A stretch of 64,000 nt of DNA from an uncultured Gemmatimonadales bacterium. Its GTDB lineage: Bacteria > Gemmatimonadota > Gemmatimonadetes > Gemmatimonadales > GWC2-71-9. The DNA lies in the NCBI GenBank assembly GCA_963704805.1, contig CAVPHS010000001.1, positions 1,234,496 through 1,298,495 on the forward strand, in the 5' to 3' direction. The translations under genes were made by a program, and so were the position numbers. The notes under the pieces are model-generated. The model was not told where the DNA came from, made no database searches, and worked only from the letters and a program-made list of their open reading frames with translations. This document shows, piece after piece, positions 9,494-19,787 of the stretch (its first letter is position 1; each line of letters starts with the position of its first letter).

Positions 9494-10786
9494 ATGACGA
9501 CTTATGCACGGCGCCTCGGTGTCTTTTCCGCAACGATGGCGGTCGTGGGTGGAATCATCGGCGGCGGCATCTTCCGCACACCGGCGACCGTCGCCGAGCG
9601 GCTGCGATCGCCGGGACTGGTGCTCGTGGCATGGGGAATTGGCGGCGTTGTGGCGTTGATTGGCGCTTTCTGTTTCGGTGAATTAGGCCAACGCCGGCCG
9701 CGCGCCGGTGGCGGGTATGTGTACTTGCGCGAGACGTGGGGTGCGCTGCCTGCATTTCTGTACGGCTGGACCCTCGTGCTCGTGATTGCGACCGGCGCGA
9801 TCGCCGCGGTGGCGGTCACGTTTGCCGACTACACGCTCGCGTTGCTGGGCCTGCCGCACCGGTTCTCGGTGCCCCTCGCCGTTGCAGCGATCGTTCTTCT
9901 CAGCGGAATCAATTACATCGGGGTTCGACCAGCCGCGATCACCACGAACATCTTCACGGTGCTGAAACTGGTTGCGCTTGCGGTGCTCATAGGGGTGGGT
10001 CTCGTCGTTGCCGCTCCTGCGCCGCCCTCTGCCGCCTCCTCGCCGCCGCCTCACCTCGCCGCCCTTGGTCCAGCTCTCGTTCCGGTTCTCTTCACGTATG
10101 GCGGCTGGCAACAGACCAACTTCATTGCCGAAGAGATCATCGATGCGCAGCGCAACCTGCCGCGCGCCCTGGCGCTCGGTGTCGGCATCGTGGTGACGGT
10201 CTATATTCTCACGAATTACGTGTATCTGCACGTATTGGGCGTGGACGCGCTGGGAGCGAGCACGGCGCCGGCGGCCGAGACAATGCAGCGCCTGCTCGGT
10301 CCCGCTGGCGGCAAGATCATCGCTGCCGGCATCGCCCTCTCGACATTCGGTTTTCTGAACCTGGTGATTTTGGTGACGCCGCGGGTGCTCCAAGCCATGG
10401 CGGCCGACGGAGCGTTCTTTCAGCGCTTCGCGATCCTCCACCCAACGTATCAAGCACCGACGGCGGCGATCGTCGCGCTCGCAGTTTTCGCGGTCACATT
10501 GACGCTCACCGGCACGTTCGGGCAACTGGTGGACTACGTGACCTTTGGCGATTGGATCTTTTTTGGCTCGACGGTTGCTGGGCTATACGTGTACCGCGCG
10601 CGCGACCAGGGTCGCTGGACCGGCTTCGGCGTGCCTGGCTATCCCGTGACACCGGCGCTGTTCGTGGTCGCCGCGGGTTTCGTCGTTTGCAGCGCGATTG
10701 TCTCGAATCCCCGGAATGCGGCAATCGGCACCGGACTGATTGTCTTGGGGATTCCAGCGTTCCTCTATTGGCGGAGCCGCTCATGA
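9494..10786 (+). CDS. APC-family amino acid permease
   Basis: About 12 hydrophobic segments are visible. The N-terminal GGIIGGGIFRTP motif is present. Confidence 0.85.
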   Translation: MTTYARRLGVFSATMAVVGGIIGGGIFRTPATVAERLRSPGLVLVAWGIGGVVALIGAFCFGELGQRRPRAGGGYVYLRETWGALPAFLYGWTLVLVIATGAIAAVAVTFADYTLALLGLPHRFSVPLAVAAIVLLSGINYIGVRPAAITTNIFTVLKLVALAVLIGVGLVVAAPAPPSAASSPPPHLAALGPALVPVLFTYGGWQQTNFIAEEIIDAQRNLPRALALGVGIVVTVYILTNYVYLHVLGVDALGASTAPAAETMQRLLGPAGGKIIAAGIALSTFGFLNLVILVTPRVLQAMAADGAFFQRFAILHPTYQAPTAAIVALAVFAVTLTLTGTFGQLVDYVTFGDWIFFGSTVAGLYVYRARDQGRWTGFGVPGYPVTPALFVVAAGFVVCSAIVSNPRNAAIGTGLIVLGIPAFLYWRSRS

Positions 10787-12393
10787 AACGTGCCGTCCTG
10801 CTGCCGATCCTGTTAACGATCTCGCTTGCCCCCAGGTTGTCAGCCCAGCACGACCACGAGCAGCTGGGGCATGTCGTGTTTCCCGTCTCATGTAATCAGG
10901 CAGCGCAGCAGCAATTCGAGCGCGCGATGACGATGCTGCACTCCTTCTGGTGGGAGCAGGGGCAGACTGCCTTTCAAGCGGTCATCACGGCGGACTCGAC
11001 GTGCGCGATGGGCTACTGGGGCCTCGCGCTGAACGCGTGGGGAAATCCCGTGGCAGGCGGTCCGGGCGGCATGGCGGGGAAGGGGGAAGCATTGCGGCGC
11101 GGTGCCACTGCGACTGTGCGGGCTGTAGCCCTCGGCGCGCCGACACCGCGCGAGCAGGGATTTCTGGCCGCCGCCGCGGCACTGTATCGCGGCTCCGATT
11201 CGGTCCCCAATGGCCGGCGCCTGCAGGCGTATTCCGATACGCTGGCGCGTCTCTACCGCGACCAGCCGAACGACACCGAAGTCGCCATTTACTATGCGTT
11301 GTCGCTCGTCGTGACCGCGCCCAAGACCGACACGACGTTCTCACGTCAGAAACACGCGGCGCAAATCCTGAACCCGCTGTTTGCGCGCTTCCCCGATCAT
11401 CCCGGTCTCGCGCATTACATCATCCACGCCTACGACTCGCCTCAGCTCGCCGAGCTCGGTCTCGATGCGGCGCGCCGCTACGCGCAAGTAGCGCCGGCCG
11501 CCCCCCACGCCCAGCACATGCCGTCGCACATCTTCATTCGGCGCGGCCTCTGGGATGAAACGATCGCGGCCAACCAGCGCGCGTTCGACGCCGGCGTCGC
11601 GTACGCAACCGCCCACCAAATTGGTGTCGCACCCGAGCAGCTGCATGCCCTGGACTACATGGTGTACGCGTATCTGCAACAAGGCCGAGACAGCGAGGCG
11701 CGACGCACGATCGCGCACGGGCTCGAGCTCCAGACGACGCTCACGCAGGACGCGCTGGTGGCGAACTACAACCGGGTCGCCATGGAAGTGCGACTGCCGC
11801 TCGAGCGCAGTGACTGGTCGGCGGCGTCTCAGCTGCCGGTGCGCGGCAGCGCGATGACGATCGGCGCGGCGCTGGGCCACTTCACGCGCGGCATCGGAGC
11901 CGCCCGCGTGCTCGACACCGCGCGCGCCAACGTGGAAGTCGCGGCCCTCGCCGCCATCGAAGCCGACATGACCCGGCGCGGGGACAGCGATTGGGGCCGG
12001 GTGGTCACGATCAAACGGCAGCTCGTGACGGCCTGGTCCACGTTCGCCGTCGGTGACACGGCACGCGCGCTTCAGCAAGTCAAAGCGGCCGCTGATCTGG
12101 AGGATGTCACGGAGAAACAGCCGATTACGCCGGGCGAGCCGCTCCCCGCGCGCGAGCTCGAGGCCGACATGCTGCTCGCGTCGCGCCAGTACTCCGAAGC
12201 GCGCGCCGCGTATGAAGCCGCGTTGAGACGCGAGCCCAACCGCGCGCGCAGCCTGTATGGCGCGGGGCGGGCCGCGCAGCTGGCCGGCGACTCAGCCGGA
12301 GCTCGACAACACTTTCTGGCATTTCTGGCGCAGATGCAGGAAGGCGACGGGGCCCGCGTGGAGATCGCGCGCGCGCGAGAGGCGCTGCGCTAG
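10783..12393 (+). CDS. secreted TPR-like repeat protein
   Basis: The start at 10783 (MKRAVLLPILLTISLAPRLSAQ signal) overlaps the permease stop. The C-terminal region is TPR-like (AAYEAALRREPNRARSLYGAGRAAQLAGD). Confidence 0.55.
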   Translation: MKRAVLLPILLTISLAPRLSAQHDHEQLGHVVFPVSCNQAAQQQFERAMTMLHSFWWEQGQTAFQAVITADSTCAMGYWGLALNAWGNPVAGGPGGMAGKGEALRRGATATVRAVALGAPTPREQGFLAAAAALYRGSDSVPNGRRLQAYSDTLARLYRDQPNDTEVAIYYALSLVVTAPKTDTTFSRQKHAAQILNPLFARFPDHPGLAHYIIHAYDSPQLAELGLDAARRYAQVAPAAPHAQHMPSHIFIRRGLWDETIAANQRAFDAGVAYATAHQIGVAPEQLHALDYMVYAYLQQGRDSEARRTIAHGLELQTTLTQDALVANYNRVAMEVRLPLERSDWSAASQLPVRGSAMTIGAALGHFTRGIGAARVLDTARANVEVAALAAIEADMTRRGDSDWGRVVTIKRQLVTAWSTFAVGDTARALQQVKAAADLEDVTEKQPITPGEPLPARELEADMLLASRQYSEARAAYEAALRREPNRARSLYGAGRAAQLAGDSAGARQHFLAFLAQMQEGDGARVEIARAREALR

Positions 12394-13415
12394 GCCACTT
12401 CCCGCTCGAGATACTCCTGGCGGTACATGCGACCGAGCTCGAAGAAATAGCTGAGCGCGAGCGGTCCGATCAGCAGTCCGAGCAGGCCGAAGTAGCTCAC
12501 GCCCGCGATCGCGCCGATCAGGGTGATGAGTGGGTGAATCGTGGAGAAGCGCCGGTAGATCAGCGGCCGGATGAAGTTGTCTACGCTGCCGACAACGACG
12601 ATCCCCCAGACGATGAGCAACACGCCGGCCACCGGCCGTCCCTGCATGATGAGCACCACCGCCGCCGGACCCCACACCAGACCGCTGCCGACAACGGGCA
12701 GGATCGCGAGCACCATCGTGACGACGCTCCAGAACAGCACATTGGGCAGTCCCGCGATCCAGAACGCCATGCCGAGCAGCGCTCCCTGCAGCGCGGCGAC
12801 CACACCCGTTCCGATCACGGTCGATACCGTGACGTCCTTGAAGCGCTGGCCGAGCTTCTCGGTGTTCTCGGGCGAGAACGGGATGTAGGGCTGGGCGTCG
12901 AGCCACACGCCACCTGGATGCTTCAGGACGTAGTAGAGCCCGAAGAACGAAATCGTGAGATTCAACGTGAGCCGCGTCGCGGTGCCGACCAGCCCGAACG
13001 CGCTGGTGCCGATCATCGTCACGAGCCGGCCTCCCGCTTCCGCCAGCCGCGGGCCAATCGGAATGCCGCGAATCTGGAGGCTCTGAAGGCGCTCGAGAAT
13101 CGGACTTTGCAGCACGCTCCCGGTCACCTGCTGTGCTTCGTTGATCAGCAAACCGGCGAATAGGAGGCCGGGGACGATGAGCAGCACCGCCCCGAACAGC
13201 GTCACCCCCAGCGCGGCGAATCCCGCCGGCGCGCCATGCTTCACGAGCCAGTCGTGCAGCGACCCGAACAGTACCGCGAGCACCGGGATGCCAATGATTC
13301 CGGTAGCGTAGGGCGCCAGGAAATAGACCGTTATCACGCCTAACGCGATGACGATGAACGCGGCGCGTTGATGCTTGGTGTCTAGGAAAGACAGGCTACC
13401 GCCCGCGTTCGACAC
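12390..13415 (-). CDS. AI-2E family transporter (PerM/UPF0118)
   Basis: The protein is 341 aa with multiple TM helices. The C-terminal DNFIRPLIY motif is typical of the family. Confidence 0.85.
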   Translation of the reverse strand: MSNAGGSLSFLDTKHQRAAFIVIALGVITVYFLAPYATGIIGIPVLAVLFGSLHDWLVKHGAPAGFAALGVTLFGAVLLIVPGLLFAGLLINEAQQVTGSVLQSPILERLQSLQIRGIPIGPRLAEAGGRLVTMIGTSAFGLVGTATRLTLNLTISFFGLYYVLKHPGGVWLDAQPYIPFSPENTEKLGQRFKDVTVSTVIGTGVVAALQGALLGMAFWIAGLPNVLFWSVVTMVLAILPVVGSGLVWGPAAVVLIMQGRPVAGVLLIVWGIVVVGSVDNFIRPLIYRRFSTIHPLITLIGAIAGVSYFGLLGLLIGPLALSYFFELGRMYRQEYLEREVA

Positions 13416-16400
13416 GCAGCACGCGAGTCAGTGTCTTCCCATCGACGGTGATCGTGACGAGATAATCGCCCGTCGCGACCGGCGGTGCGCCGCCGCCGAA
13501 GCCTCCGAATCCGCCCCCCCCCCCACCGGCGGGCGCGCGCCCGAACGCTTGGGCCACGAAGCCGAGCGCACCGAAGCCACCGCCACCGCCGCCCCCTTGT
13601 TGGCCGGGCCGGCGCAGCAGGTTGCCGAGGGTCTGCAAAAAGCTCGCGTCGGGCGGTGCATCACCGGATTCACCACCGCTCTCGCTGCCTGCGGCCGGCA
13701 GGGACCCACCGGGCGTCGGAGTGCGCGCCGTCGTCTCGCCGGGGCGTTCGTTGAACCGGCCGGTGGCCGTAAACGGCGATCCGCCGCCACCACCACCGCC
13801 CCCACCGCCCCCCCCACCGAATCCAAACCGCTGCGCGATCCCCTGCACGTCACCGGCCAGCAGCAGCTTCTTGATGGGGTCGAGCTGCTCGGCATTGCCG
13901 CCCGCTTTGGTCAGCGAATCGAACACCACGTTGATCCGCGCCACGAGCCACGCGCTATCCCGTTTCTGCGAGGGCGAAAGCGCTACCGGCGGCGGGGTCC
14001 GACCCTGGAAATTCCAGACGACCCGATGCAGGCCGGCGCCGGCCGGTCCCTGCACCGTGCGCACCGTATCGCCCCGAACGTCACGAATGACGATCTGCGT
14101 CCGCGCCCGCCGATCCGGATTGCCCTTGGTGAGCCGGTACACGATCTCGGCACCGTATTGGGGACTCGGGGAGCGGAACGCTTTCTGGCCTGCGTTGCCA
14201 CCGCCGAGCGGCGGCTGACCGTACTGGTACGCCGTCTTCGGCTGGAAGAGGTAGGCATCGGCGGTCAGCGCGCTGTCAGTGAGCTGCTCGAGCGGCGCGA
14301 TGTCCACGATCCAGAGCGCGCGGCCGTGCGTCGCCGCGATCAGCTCGCGCTCGCGCGGATGAATCGTGAGATCGTGCACCGGCACGGTCGGCAGGCCGTT
14401 CATGAACCGCTGCCACGATTTGCCGCGATCGAACGAGACGTAGAGCGCCGACATCGGTGCCCACGAACAGCAGGTCGCGGTTCGCCACGTCCTCGCGAAT
14501 CACGTGCACGTAGTTCGGCAGCGTCGCTCGGCGGGCAGGTTGTTCACGATCGAGCGGAACGTCTTGCCGAAATCGGTCGTCACGAACACGTACGGCGTGA
14601 AGTCGCCGTTGCGGTGGTTGTCGAACGTGACGTAGAACGTCGCCGTGTCGAACTGCGACGGCTCGATGCGGCTCACGTAGGTTCCGGCCGGGACGCCGGG
14701 GAAGCGGCCCGCCGTCAGATTCTCCCAGGTGCCGCCGTCGTTCCGGGTCAGCCACACGTTGCCGTCGTCGGTGCCGGCGTACAGCAGGCCGGGCCGGAGC
14801 GGCGACTCGGCCAGCGACACGATTGTGCAGTAGGTCTCGGCGCCCGTGACGTCGGGCGTGACGCCGCCGGTCGTGCGCGTGCTCACCCGGATCTTCATCG
14901 TGTCTTCGTGGTCAGGTCCGGCGAGATCGGATACAGGTCGTCCCCGCGCTGCGTGGACTTCATCACCTGGTTCGCGCCGGCGTAGAACGTCTCCGGATTG
15001 TGCGCCGAGATGAGGAAGGGCGTGTTCCAGTTCCAGCGCAGATCGGTTCGTCGGAGTCGGTGCTGTCTGCCGCACGCTTCAGCTCGGCGATGCGGCGCTT
15101 CTGTGCCGCTGTCTCGCGGCTTGGTCGGTGTCGGGGCGCTCGATGACGATCGAGTCCTCGTACAGTCGTGTAGCGCGGCCGCCACTGCGGCTTCTGCAGC
15201 GACGGTGCGCTCGCCGGTCGCGAGGTTGAGCCGCGACATGTTGCCGCCCTGCGACTCGACGTAGATCGATGTTCGGATCGGTGGGGTCCTGCGCCGTGTG
15301 GAAGCCGTCGCCGCCGCCGATCGTCGAACCAGTCGGCGTTGGTGATGTCGCCCTGGCGCCGGCGCTCGGCCCGCACCAGGAGCCGTTGTCCTGCAAGCCC
15401 GCGCAGACGCTGTAGGGGACGTCCATGTCGTAGCTGACGTTGTAGAACTGTCCGATCGCGAACGTGTTCAGGAAGTCCCAGTTGCCGCCCCTGTCCCAGG
15501 TCTGCGCCACGCCGCCGTCGTTGCCGACGATGATGTGATTCGGGATCGTTGGGATCGATCCACATCGCAGTGATGGTCGACGTGGATGCCCGACCGTCGC
15601 GTTGCCGACCGTCTTGCCGCCGTCATTCGAGTAATTCACCGGCGTCGACGACCAGTAGACGCGATTCGGGTTCTTCGGATCGACGCGCACCTGCGAGTAG
15701 TAGAAGGGACGCACGTCGTGCCGTTCATCTTTGCCCACGTCGCGCCGCCGTCGGTGGAGCGATACAGTCCGGAGGGCCGCGTCTGCGGGGCCTTGCCCGC
15801 GCCACCTTTCGCGTTGGCCGTCGTGTCGGCTTCGACCATCGGGTAGATGACCTTCGGGTCGGAGGCGCGCGATCGCGAGACCGATGCGGCCCTTGGTCGT
15901 TTCGGGGAGACCGCCGCCCTTGACCTCGGTCCACGTCTTGCCGCCGTCGGTCGTCTTCCAGAGTGCGCTGCCGGGGCCACCGCTGTTCAGGAAGTAGGGA
16001 CCGCGCACCCGCTGCCAGCTCGCGGCGAACAGTACTTCCGGATTCGACGGATCCATCGCGACGTCGACGAAGCCGGCCTGGTCGCAGATGAACTTGATGA
16101 GCTGCCAGGTCTGGCCGCCGTCGGTCGTCTTGTAGAGTCCGCGCTCGGGGTTGGCCGTCCACGGCTGCCCAGCGCCGCGACGTAGACGATGTTGGGATTG
16201 GTCGGATGCACGACGATGCGGCCGATCGCCCCGCCTTCTCGAGGCCCGATCGCGCTTCCAGGTGAGCCCGCCGTCGGTCGATTTGAAGATGCCGCAGCCC
16301 GGCGAGATCGTGTTGCGCGAGTCCTCCTCACCGGTGCCGGCCCAGACCTGCATCGTGTCGGACGGCGCGATGGCCAGCTCGCCCATCGAGATGCAGGGCT

Positions 16401-16689
16401 AGTTGTCGAACACCGGGCGGAACGTCGTGCCCGCGTTGGTCGTCTTCCAGATTCCACCCGCGGCGGCCGCGACAAAGAACGTGCGCGACGGGCTCGGGAT
16501 GCCGACGACGCTCGAGACTCGACCCTGCATGTTGGCCGGGCCGAGGTTGCGCCAGCGGAAGCCGGCGAGGAGCGTCGAGTCGAGCACGCCCGTCGTCACC
16601 GTGACGTTCTGCGGCGGCTGACGTTGAGGCGGGGGAAGCGTTGGTTGCGTTGGTGCCTGGATCAATGCGGCGAGCAGCATGACGAACAT
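13396..16689 (-). pseudogene. sortilin/VPS10-BNR repeat glycosyl-hydrolase-like secreted protein, disrupted (about 17 frame changes and one in-frame TAG)
   Basis: BNR/Asp-box motifs (S/TxDGGxTW) recur across ORF pieces in all three minus frames: 16399-16689, 15079-16386, 15987-16475, 15636-15980, 14963-15565, 14895-15239, 14500-15075, 14276-14755 and 13396-14454. A signal peptide lies at 16689. An amber codon lies at 16399-16401. Confidence 0.75.
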
Positions 16690-16696
16690 GACGGCC

Positions 16697-17608
16697 TCAA
16701 GATGAGAGGTTGTGGAGTGCCGAACCTGCAGCCATTGAAGTGCGAAGGGAAGGGGTGACGAGCGCGGCGGTGGAACGCGCGTCGGCGGCGATCGCGGTAC
16801 GCGCCACCACGGTCATCTGTCGCCGGCCGCTGGCCGGCCGCCCCGTCGCCGGGTCCATGACGTGGCCGAGGACCTGGCCCCCCAGGCGGATCACCGAGAC
16901 GGCATTCGATGAGGTGGCGAGGCCGGCGTCTCGCAGGCGCGCGGTTTGTGACGTCCCGGCGATGTCCACCCGCCACCCTTCGGGTTCACCCGGCGGGGCG
17001 CCGAGTCCGTAGCAGTCGCCACTCACGTCTACGAAGGCGCGCCGAATCCCCAGCGAGCGCAGGACTCGGACGGCGCGGTCGATTCCATACCCGACGCCGA
17101 TGCCGCCGAAATCGAGCTGCGTGTGCGAGCTGGGCAGCGAGACGAGGTCACCGTCCAGCCGTACCACCGCCGCTGCAACCGCCGCGCGCGCCTCTGCGAT
17201 CTCGGCGTCGGTCGGCAGAGCGCGGCGCGGCCGGTGAAACCCCCACGCGCGCATCAGCGGCTCGACGGCGGGGTCGAACGCCCGCGCGGTCGCGTTCCGG
17301 AACGCCTCCGCGGCGCCGAGGATGTCGCGCAGATCGCGGTCGGCCCGCATGGGACGCCGGCCCGCGTGCCGGTTCAGCTCGCACAGGTCGCTGGCGTCAT
17401 CAAATAGCGAGAGGCGCGCCTCGACGCGCCGCAGCTCGGCGAGTGCGCCCGCGCACGCTTCCTGCCCCGCGTCCTCCGAATCCGCGAACACCATAACGTG
17501 GACTGCCTGCCCCATCGCCCACGACCAGCGCTCGACAAATCGCTCGGTCCGGAAGCGCAGCGGTACCCAGATTCCCATAGCCGTGGCAACGAACTCGCGC
17601 CGTTTCAC
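16697..17608 (-). CDS. apbE: FAD:protein FMN transferase (ApbE family)
   Basis: ApbE-like sequence is present (AFDPAVEPLMRAWGF, LDFGGIGVGYGIDRAV, ATSSN, HVMDPATGRP). The likely GTG start at 17608 overlaps the upstream stop. Confidence 0.85.
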   Translation of the reverse strand: MKRREFVATAMGIWVPLRFRTERFVERWSWAMGQAVHVMVFADSEDAGQEACAGALAELRRVEARLSLFDDASDLCELNRHAGRRPMRADRDLRDILGAAEAFRNATARAFDPAVEPLMRAWGFHRPRRALPTDAEIAEARAAVAAAVVRLDGDLVSLPSSHTQLDFGGIGVGYGIDRAVRVLRSLGIRRAFVDVSGDCYGLGAPPGEPEGWRVDIAGTSQTARLRDAGLATSSNAVSVIRLGGQVLGHVMDPATGRPASGRRQMTVVARTAIAADARSTAALVTPSLRTSMAAGSALHNLSS

Positions 17609-18105
17609 GCCTGCTCCCCGCTCCCGGCTCCCAGCTCCCGCAGAATGAGGAAGGACTGCACGTAGAACGTGACGGCAAGCGTCGCGCTCGATGCTTCGAG
17701 CAGCCACGCGAAGCGCGCGTCGACGTAGCGCATCAGCCACATGGCGGTGAACGAGACGAGCAGCGTAACAAAGGGCTCCGCAATGAGGAAACGCCGCAAC
17801 CGCTGGGAGAGTCGCTCACACAGTGCCACGCCGATCCCCGTAAAGGCGAAGATCACCGCCATGCTGAGCAGGTGTGTGTGCGTGATCGTGAGCATCTCTC
17901 CGATCGACTTGGGGAACTGCATTGGCGCGGTTGCCGTCGTGTCGACGATCGCGCCCCGGTAGCGGGAGGCGATACCCGGCGGAGTGAGGTGCGTCGTGTG
18001 CCACACGAAGATGAGCGACGTGGTGTAGCCCACGAGCTGCACGATGGTCAGCCAGCGTGCGAGCGTGCGCCACGGCGCGGGCAATGTGCGCCAGGACCAC
18101 GTCAC
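17605..18105 (-). CDS. His-rich 4-TM membrane protein of unknown function
   Basis: The GTG start at 18105 overlaps the FMN-binding gene stop. WHTTH and THTH motifs occur in or near the TM helices. Confidence 0.5.
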   Translation of the reverse strand: MTWSWRTLPAPWRTLARWLTIVQLVGYTTSLIFVWHTTHLTPPGIASRYRGAIVDTTATAPMQFPKSIGEMLTITHTHLLSMAVIFAFTGIGVALCERLSQRLRRFLIAEPFVTLLVSFTAMWLMRYVDARFAWLLEASSATLAVTFYVQSFLILRELGAGSGEQA

Positions 18106-18566
18106 TTGATCGCTCCCGTGCGGTGCCACGTCGTGAGATCCGCCAACGCGCGCCGCACCCCGTTGGTCACCGCGTTCACGCTGATCGTCGCGCCGGAAAT
18201 GCTGCGAATCTGGCGCCCCACGTCGAGGGTATCCTGTGCTGTCTTGCCGCGGAATTGCCGGCGCCACGATTCATAGGCGACTTCGCCGCCGTAGGGTTCT
18301 CGATAGACGAGGATGTCGATGTCCTTCAGGTGGTCCGCCGTATCCGTGGCAACCAGAAATGTGATCGGTTGATCCTTGCCAATGACGTTGCGGACCACCG
18401 CGAAGCCGAGCACCGAGTCGCCGCGGGTCACACGAAAGGCGGTGTCGGCGTTGACCGGCACCGGTGTCGCGATCGCGCCGCGGCCAAAAATGCGCGTGAC
18501 CGACGCCGCCACCTTCGGCGGCGCGGCCACGCTGATCTGCGCCAGGATCAGTGCCATCAACGGCAT
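18102..18566 (-). CDS. secreted FMN-binding domain protein with an ApbE flavinylation motif
   Basis: A signal peptide is present. The SISGATISVNAV motif ([S/T]GAT) is encoded at about 18186-18197. Confidence 0.75.
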   Translation of the reverse strand: MPLMALILAQISVAAPPKVAASVTRIFGRGAIATPVPVNADTAFRVTRGDSVLGFAVVRNVIGKDQPITFLVATDTADHLKDIDILVYREPYGGEVAYESWRRQFRGKTAQDTLDVGRQIRSISGATISVNAVTNGVRRALADLTTWHRTGAIK

Positions 18567-19684
18567 CAGAACTGGTACCCCACGCCCAGGCGCAACGTCT
18601 CGCCGGTGCCGCCACCAGCCGCGGTGCGCCGAATCTCGTAGTCACCCTTGAAGGCCGTATTCCAGGTCGGCTTGTAGGTCAATCCGAACGTCGTGATCCG
18701 CCGCGCGAGCTCTGGGTCGCGTGGCGTTCCCGCCGGGACGGCGGCGTGGGTATCGTAGTGTTCATAGCGGACGAATGCAGTCAGGCGCTGCTTGCTGCTT
18801 GCGGCAAGCAGTCGCAGCAGGTTATACGCCCCCTCGACATATGCGCCCGTGATACGGCTTCCCACGCCGCCACCGTACAGCGCGTTGATCGTGTCGGCGT
18901 CGCTGACGCTGATCGTGGCGAAGACGCCACGCACCGCGAGCGCGCCGCGTTCATATCGTCCGTCTGCCGACACCACCGCGACTGGTGCGGTGAACGTGCC
19001 GGTGCCGAGTAGCGTGTCACCGGCGCTCGTGCCGCCGTACCAGAACGACCCACCCAGTTTGAGCCCCGGACGTGCCCATTCGAGCCGGCCGGTGAGCGAC
19101 GGATTGGCGAACGTCGCGTTCTGTCCCTCCTGCCGCCCCTCGCGAATGCCCTCCTCTGCCGAGAACCCACTCGCCTTGAGACCATTTACGAGGTACACGC
19201 GGTAGCTCCATCCTTCCATCGGGAGCGTGCCCACCAGACCGATGCCGAGCTCGCGCCAGGTGGTGGGAATGACATCGTTATCGAATGCCGGCCGATCGAC
19301 GCCGTTGAACGTCGGCGGCTCGTGTGTTTCGTTGATGATGCCGACCGGCATGAGCACGAGACCCGTGCGGATGGTCGTGCGATCGGAGATACGATAATCG
19401 AGGAATGCCTGCTCGAGGCCGACTTCGCCGCCCGACCCGCCGGCTTCGATCTTTGCGTCTTCGATTTCGAGCTCGGAACGGAAGCTCAGCTTGTCGTTGA
19501 ACGTGTGGGCGAGGTAGACGACGAAACGGCGGAGGTTGATTACAGCAGGCGTGTTTGGCCCCGACAGATTCGTATAGTGGATTTCGCCGTATCCTCCGAG
19601 CGTGGTGGATTCCTGGGCGACGGTGGGCCGGAGCGGGAGGGCAACGAGCGCAGCCGCGATAAGGCCGATCAGGGGTCGACACAT
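18566..19684 (-). CDS. outer-membrane porin-like beta-barrel protein
   Basis: The start at 19684 (MCRPLIGLIAAALVALPLRPTVAQ signal) is followed by an alternating beta-strand pattern. The C-terminus ends in GVGYQF. Confidence 0.6.
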   Translation of the reverse strand: MCRPLIGLIAAALVALPLRPTVAQESTTLGGYGEIHYTNLSGPNTPAVINLRRFVVYLAHTFNDKLSFRSELEIEDAKIEAGGSGGEVGLEQAFLDYRISDRTTIRTGLVLMPVGIINETHEPPTFNGVDRPAFDNDVIPTTWRELGIGLVGTLPMEGWSYRVYLVNGLKASGFSAEEGIREGRQEGQNATFANPSLTGRLEWARPGLKLGGSFWYGGTSAGDTLLGTGTFTAPVAVVSADGRYERGALAVRGVFATISVSDADTINALYGGGVGSRITGAYVEGAYNLLRLLAASSKQRLTAFVRYEHYDTHAAVPAGTPRDPELARRITTFGLTYKPTWNTAFKGDYEIRRTAAGGGTGETLRLGVGYQF

Positions 19685-19787
19685 GGGGTGCAAAGACTCC
19701 TGTTTAAAGTTGAGAGAAATTGTCGGGATATACCCGAATGTATTTATCGGATATTTTGGGTCAAGATCTCTTGATCTGGAGGTCGAC

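Noticed and set aside
13480-13870. Runs of G/C encoding poly-Gly (GGGGGGGGGGGG, GGGGGGFGGFGGG), considered as possible simple-sequence contingency loci.
   Set aside because: They lie in frame within the intact C-terminal part of the sortilin-like gene and read as Gly-rich linker segments. The codons are mixed (GGC/GGG/GGT/GGA on the coding strand) rather than a pure homopolymer tract.
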